Positions 59,001-64,000 of a DNA stretch of 64,000 nt are shown piece after piece (position 1 is the stretch's first letter; each line of letters begins with the position of its first letter). The notes beneath the pieces are model-generated. The model did not search any database, had not been told where the DNA came from, and saw only the letters and a list, made by a program, of their open reading frames with translations. The stretch comes from Eledone cirrhosa (lineage: Eukaryota), in assembly GCA_964016885.1 (NCBI GenBank), contig OZ024743.1, positions 51,708,001 to 51,772,000 on the forward strand. Reading direction: 5' to 3'. The position numbers were made by a program, and so were the translations under genes.

Positions 59001-62000
59001 GAGAGAGAGAGACTGTGTGTCAGTGTTAGAGGGAGAGAGTCAGTGTTAGAGAGAGAGACTGTGTGTCAGTGTTAGAGAGAGAGAGACTGTGTGTCAGTGT
59101 TAGAGAGAGAGACTGTGTGTCAGTGTTAGAGAGAGAGAGTCAGTGTTAGAGAGAGAGACCGTGTGTCAGTGTTAGAGAGAGAGAGTCAGTGTTAGAGAGA
59201 GGGAGAGACTGTGTGTCAGTGTTAGAGAGAGAGACTCTGTGTCAGTGTTAGAGAGAGAGAGACTGTGTGTAAGTGTTAGAGAGAGAGAGTCTGTGTGTCA
59301 GTGTTAGAGAGAGAGAGAGAGAGAGACTGTGTGTCAGTGTTAGAGAGAGAGAGACTGTGTGTCAGTGTTAGAGAGAGAGACTGTGTGTCAGTGTTAGAGA
59401 GAGAGAGACTGTGTGTCAGTGTTAGAGAGAGAGAGACTGTGTGTCAGTGTTAGAGAGAGAGAGACCGTGTGTCAGTATTAGAGAGAGAGACTGTGTGTCA
59501 GTGTTAGAGAGAGAGACTGTGTCAGTGTTAGAGAGAGAGAGACTGTGTGTCAGTGTTAGAGAGAGAGAGACTGTGTGTCAGTGTTAGAGAGAGAGAGAGA
59601 GTCAGTGTTAGAGAGAGAGAGAGACCATGTGTCAGTGTTAGAGAGAGAGACTGTCAGTGTTAGAGAGGGAGAGTCAGTAATAGAGAGAGAGAGACTGTGT
59701 GTCAGTGTTAGAGAGAGAGAGACTGTGTCAGTGTTAGAGAGAGAGAGAGAGAAGTGTGTCAGTGTTAGAGAGAGGGAGTCAGTGTTAGAGAGAGAGAGAG
59801 AGACTGTGTGTCAGTGTTAGAGAGAGAGAGAGAGACTGTGTGTCAGTGTTAGAGAGAGAGAGACTGTGTGTCAGTGTTAGAGAGAGAGAGACTGTGTGTC
59901 AGTGTTAGAGAGAGAGAGAGACTGTGTGTCAGTGTTAGAGAGAGAGAGACCGTGTGTCAGTATTAGAGAGAGAGACTGTGTGTCAGTGTTAGAGAGAGAG
60001 ACTGTGTCAGTGTTAGAGAGAGAGAGTCAGTGTTAGAGAGAGAGAGACTGTGTCAGTGTTAGAGAGAGAGAGAGTCAGTGTTAGAGAGAGAGAGACCGTG
60101 TGTCAGTGTTAGAGAGAGAGAATCAGTGTTAGAGAGAGAGAGAATCAGTGTTAGAGAGAGAGAGACTGTGTGTCAGTGTTAGTGAGAGAGAGAGACTGTG
60201 TGTAAGTGTTAGAGAGAGAGACTGTGTGTCAGTGTTAGAGAGAGAGACTGTGTCAGAGTTAGAGAGAGAGACTGTGTGTCAGTGTTAGAGAGAGAGACTG
60301 TGTGTCAGTGTTAGAGAGAGAGACTGTGTGTCAGTGTTAGAGAGAGAGAGACTGTGTCAGTGTTAGAGAGAGAGACTGTGTCAGTGTTAGAGAGACTGTG
60401 TGTCAGTGTTAGAGAGAGAGACTGTGTGTCAGTGTTAGAGAGAGAGAGACTGTGTCAGTGTTAGAGAGAGAGACTGTGTCAGTGTTAGAGAGAGAGACTG
60501 TGTGTCAGTGTTAGAGAGAGAGAGACTGTGTGTCAGTGTTAGAGAGAGAGACTGTGTGTCAGTGTTAGAGAGAGAGAGAGACTGTGTGTCAGTGTTAGAG
60601 AGAGAGAGACTGTGTGTCAGTGTTAGAGAGAGAGACTGTCAGTGTTAGAGAGAGAGACTGTGTCAGTGTTAGAGAGAGAGACTGTGTCAGTGTTAGAGAG
60701 AGAGACTGTGTCAGTATTAAATAGAGAGACTGTGTGTCAGTGTTAGAGAGAGAGAGAGACTGTGTGTCAGTGTTAGAGAGAGAGACTGTGTCAGTGTTAG
60801 AGAGAGAGACTGTGTCAGTGTTAGAGAGAGAGACTGTGTCAGTATTAGATAGAGAGACTGTGTGTCAGTGTTAGAGAGAGAGAGTCAGTGTTAGAGAGAG
60901 AGAGACTGTGTCAGTGTTAGAGAGAGAGACTGTGTGTCAGTGTTAGAGAGAGAGAGACTATGTCAGTGTTAGAGAGAGAGAGACTGTGTGTCAGTGTTAG
61001 AGAGAGAGACTGTGTGTCAGTGTTAGAGAGAGAGAGACCGTGTTAGAGAGAGAGAGTCAGTGTTAGAGAGAGAGAGTCAGTGTTAGAGAGAGAGAGAGAT
61101 TGTGTGTCAGTGTTAGAGAGAGAGAGACCGTGTGTCAGTGTTAGAGAAAGAGACTGTGTGTCAGTGTTAGAGAGAGAGAGACTGTGTCAGTGTTAGAGAG
61201 AGAGAGACTGTGTGTCAGTGTTAGAGAGAGAGACTGTGTCAGTGTTAGAGAGAGAGAGAGACTGTGTGTCAGTGTTAGAGGGAGAGAGTCAGTGTTAGAG
61301 AGAGAGACTGTGTGTCAGTGTTAGAGAGAGAGAGACTGTGTGTCAGTGTTAGAGAGAGAGACTGTGTGTCAGTGTTAGAGAGAGAGAGTCAGTGTTAGAG
61401 AGAGAGACCGTGTGTCAGTGTTAGAGAGAGAGAGTCAGTGTTAGAGAGAGGGAGAGACTGTGTGTCAGTGTTAGAGAGAGAGACTCTGTGTCAGTGTTAG
61501 AGAGAGAGAGACTGTGTGTAAGTGTTAGAGAGAGAGAGTCTGTGTGTCAGTGTTAGAGAGAGAGAGAGAGAGAGACTGTGTGTCAGTGTTAGAGAGAGAG
61601 AGACTGTGTGTCAGTGTTAGAGAGAGAGACTGTGTGTCAGTGTTAGAGAGAGAGAGACTGTGTGTCAGTGTTAGAGAGAGAGAGACTGTGTGTCAGTGTT
61701 AGAGAGAGAGAGACCGTGTGTCAGTATTAGAGAGAGAGACTGTGTGTCAGTGTTAGAGAGAGAGACTGTGTCAGTGTTAGAGAGAGAGAGACTGTGTGTC
61801 AGTGTTAGAGAGAGAGAGACTGTGTGTCAGTGTTAGAGAGAGAGAGAGAGTCAGTGTTAGAGAGAGAGAGAGACCATGTGTCAGTGTTAGAGAGAGAGAC
61901 TGTCAGTGTTAGAGAGGGAGAGTCAGTAATAGAGAGAGAGAGACTGTGTGTCAGTGTTAGAGAGAGAGAGACTGTGTCAGTGTTAGAGAGAGAGAGAGAG

Positions 62001-64000
62001 AAGTGTGTCAGTGTTAGAGAGAGGGAGTCAGTGTTAGAGAGAGAGAGAGAGACTGTGTGTCAGTGTTAGAGAGAGAGAGAGAGACTGTGTGTCAGTGTTA
62101 GAGAGAGAGAGACTGTGTGTCAGTGTTAGAGAGAGAGAGACTGTGTGTCAGTGTTAGAGAGAGAGAGAGACTGTGTGTCAGTGTTAGAGAGAGAGAGACC
62201 GTGTGTCAGTATTAGAGAGAGAGACTGTGTGTCAGTGTTAGAGAGAGAGACTGTGTCAGTGTTAGAGAGAGAGAGTCAGTGTTAGAGAGAGAGAGACTGT
62301 GTCAGTGTTAGAGAGAGAGAGAGTCAGTGTTAGAGAGAGAGAGACCGTGTGTCAGTGTTAGAGAGAGAGAATCAGTGTTAGAGAGAGAGAGAATCAGTGT
62401 TAGAGAGAGAGAGACTGTGTGTCAGTGTTAGTGAGAGAGAGAGACTGTGTGTAAGTGTTAGAGAGAGAGACTGTGTGTCAGTGTTAGAGAGAGAGACTGT
62501 GTCAGAGTTAGAGAGAGAGACTGTGTGTCAGTGTTAGAGAGAGAGACTGTGTGTCAGTGTTAGAGAGAGAGACTGTGTGTCAGTGTTAGAGAGAGAGAGA
62601 CTGTGTCAGTGTTAGAGAGAGAGACTGTGTCAGTGTTAGAGAGACTGTGTGTCAGTGTTAGAGAGAGAGACTGTGTGTCAGTGTTAGAGAGAGAGAGACT
62701 GTGTCAGTGTTAGAGAGAGAGACTGTGTCAGTGTTAGAGAGAGAGACTGTGTGTCAGTGTTAGAGAGAGAGAGACTGTGTGTCAGTGTTAGAGAGAGAGA
62801 CTGTGTGTCAGTGTTAGAGATAGAGAGAGACTGTGTGTCAGTGTTAGAGAGAGAGAGACTGTGTGTCAGTGTTAGAGAGAGAGACTGTCAGTGTTAGAGA
62901 GAGAGACTGTGTCAGTGTTAGAGAGAGAGACTGTGTCAGTGTTAGAGAGAGAGACTGTGTCAGTATTAAATAGAGAGACTGTGTGTCAGTGTTAGAGAGA
63001 GAGAGAGACTGTGTGTCAGTGTTAGAGAGAGAGACTGTGTCAGTGTTAGAGAGAGAGACTGTGTCAGTGTTAGAGAGAGAGACTGTGTCAGTATTAGATA
63101 GAGAGACTGTGTGTCAGTGTTAGAGAGAGAGAGTCAGTGTTAGAGAGAGAGAGACTGTGTCAGTGTTAGAGAGAGAGACTGTGTGTCAGTGTTAGAGAGA
63201 GAGAGACTATGTCAGTGTTAGAGAGAGAGAGACTGTGTGTCAGTGTTAGAGAGAGAGACTGTGTGTCAGTGTTAGAGAGAGAGAGACCGTGTTAGAGAGA
63301 GAGAGTCAGTGTTAGAGAGAGAGAGTCAGTGTTAGAGAGAGAGAGAGATTGTGTGTCAGTGTTAGAGAGAGAGAGACCGTGTGTCAGTGTTAGAGAAAGA
63401 GACTGTGTGTCAGTGTTAGAGAGAGAGAGACTGTGTCAGTGTTAGAGAGAGAGAGACTGTGTGTCAGTGTTAGAGAGAGAGACTGTGTCAGTGTTAGAGA
63501 GAGAGAGAGACTGTGTGTCAGTGTTAGAGGGAGAGAGTCAGTGTTAGAGAGAGAGACTGTGTGTCAGTGTTAGAGAGAGAGAGACTGTGTGTCAGTGTTA
63601 GAGAGAGAGACTGTGTGTCAGTGTTAGAGAGAGAGAGTCAGTGTTAGAGAGAGAGACCGTGTGTCAGTGTTAGAGAGAGAGAGTCAGTGTTAGAGAGAGG
63701 GAGAGACTGTGTGTCAGTGTTAGAGAGAGAGACTCTGTGTCAGTGTTAGAGAGAGAGAGACTGTGTGTAAGTGTTAGAGAGAGAGAGTCTGTGTGTCAGT
63801 GTTAGAGAGAGAGAGAGAGAGAGACTGTGTGTCAGTGTTAGAGAGAGAGAGACTGTGTGTCAGTGTTAGAGAGAGAGACTGTGTGTCAGTGTTAGAGAGA
63901 GAGAGACTGTGTGTCAGTGTTAGAGAGAGAGAGACTGTGTGTCAGTGTTAGAGAGAGAGAGACCGTGTGTCAGTATTAGAGAGAGAGACTGTGTGTCAGT
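47032..64000. repeat. 17 kb or longer satellite, monomer [CTGTGT]GTCAGTGTTA(GA)n, with about 2-2.25 kb higher-order repeats; runs off the window
   Basis: Several hundred ~18-28-bp monomers. Identical variant blocks at 50041/52020/54249 and near-identical blocks at 57326/59575/61824. Confidence 0.98.

Noticed and set aside
47567-62069. ER-rich ORFs in the satellite
   Set aside because: (GA)n translations; useful only as higher-order repeat markers.

Overview
Eukaryotic, AT-rich, repeat-dense DNA. The microsatellite load and the SINE/RTE content suggest an octopus or related cephalopod (inference, no database check). Three spliced genes can be read. (1) Selenoprotein N (SELENON) on the minus strand has 7 coding exons from 21663 down to about 1018, with an in-frame Sec TGA at 3650-3652 ([11 protein letters not shown]) followed by an intact SRE-type stem-loop. 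Its last exon and SECIS probably lie left of the window. (2) A two-exon MAD2L1BP/p31comet gene on the plus strand (27922-32378) lies head-to-head with SELENON. (3) The terminal exon of a TWIK/KCNK1-like K2P channel lies on the minus strand (46760-47010), and its upstream intron is filled by a 17 kb or longer satellite with about 2-2.25 kb higher-order repeats. The rest is RTE, CR1, CRE, Tx1 and Penelope-like retroelement remnants, a deleted mariner, piggyBac-type MITEs, tRNA-SINEs and mini/microsatellites. The most unusual items are a cluster of six unrelated long fold-back palindromes around the SELENON 5' end (20.3-24.3 kb), several hammerhead-ribozyme motifs, minisatellites born inside retroelement RT remnants, and a satellite monomer that resembles a splice signal.
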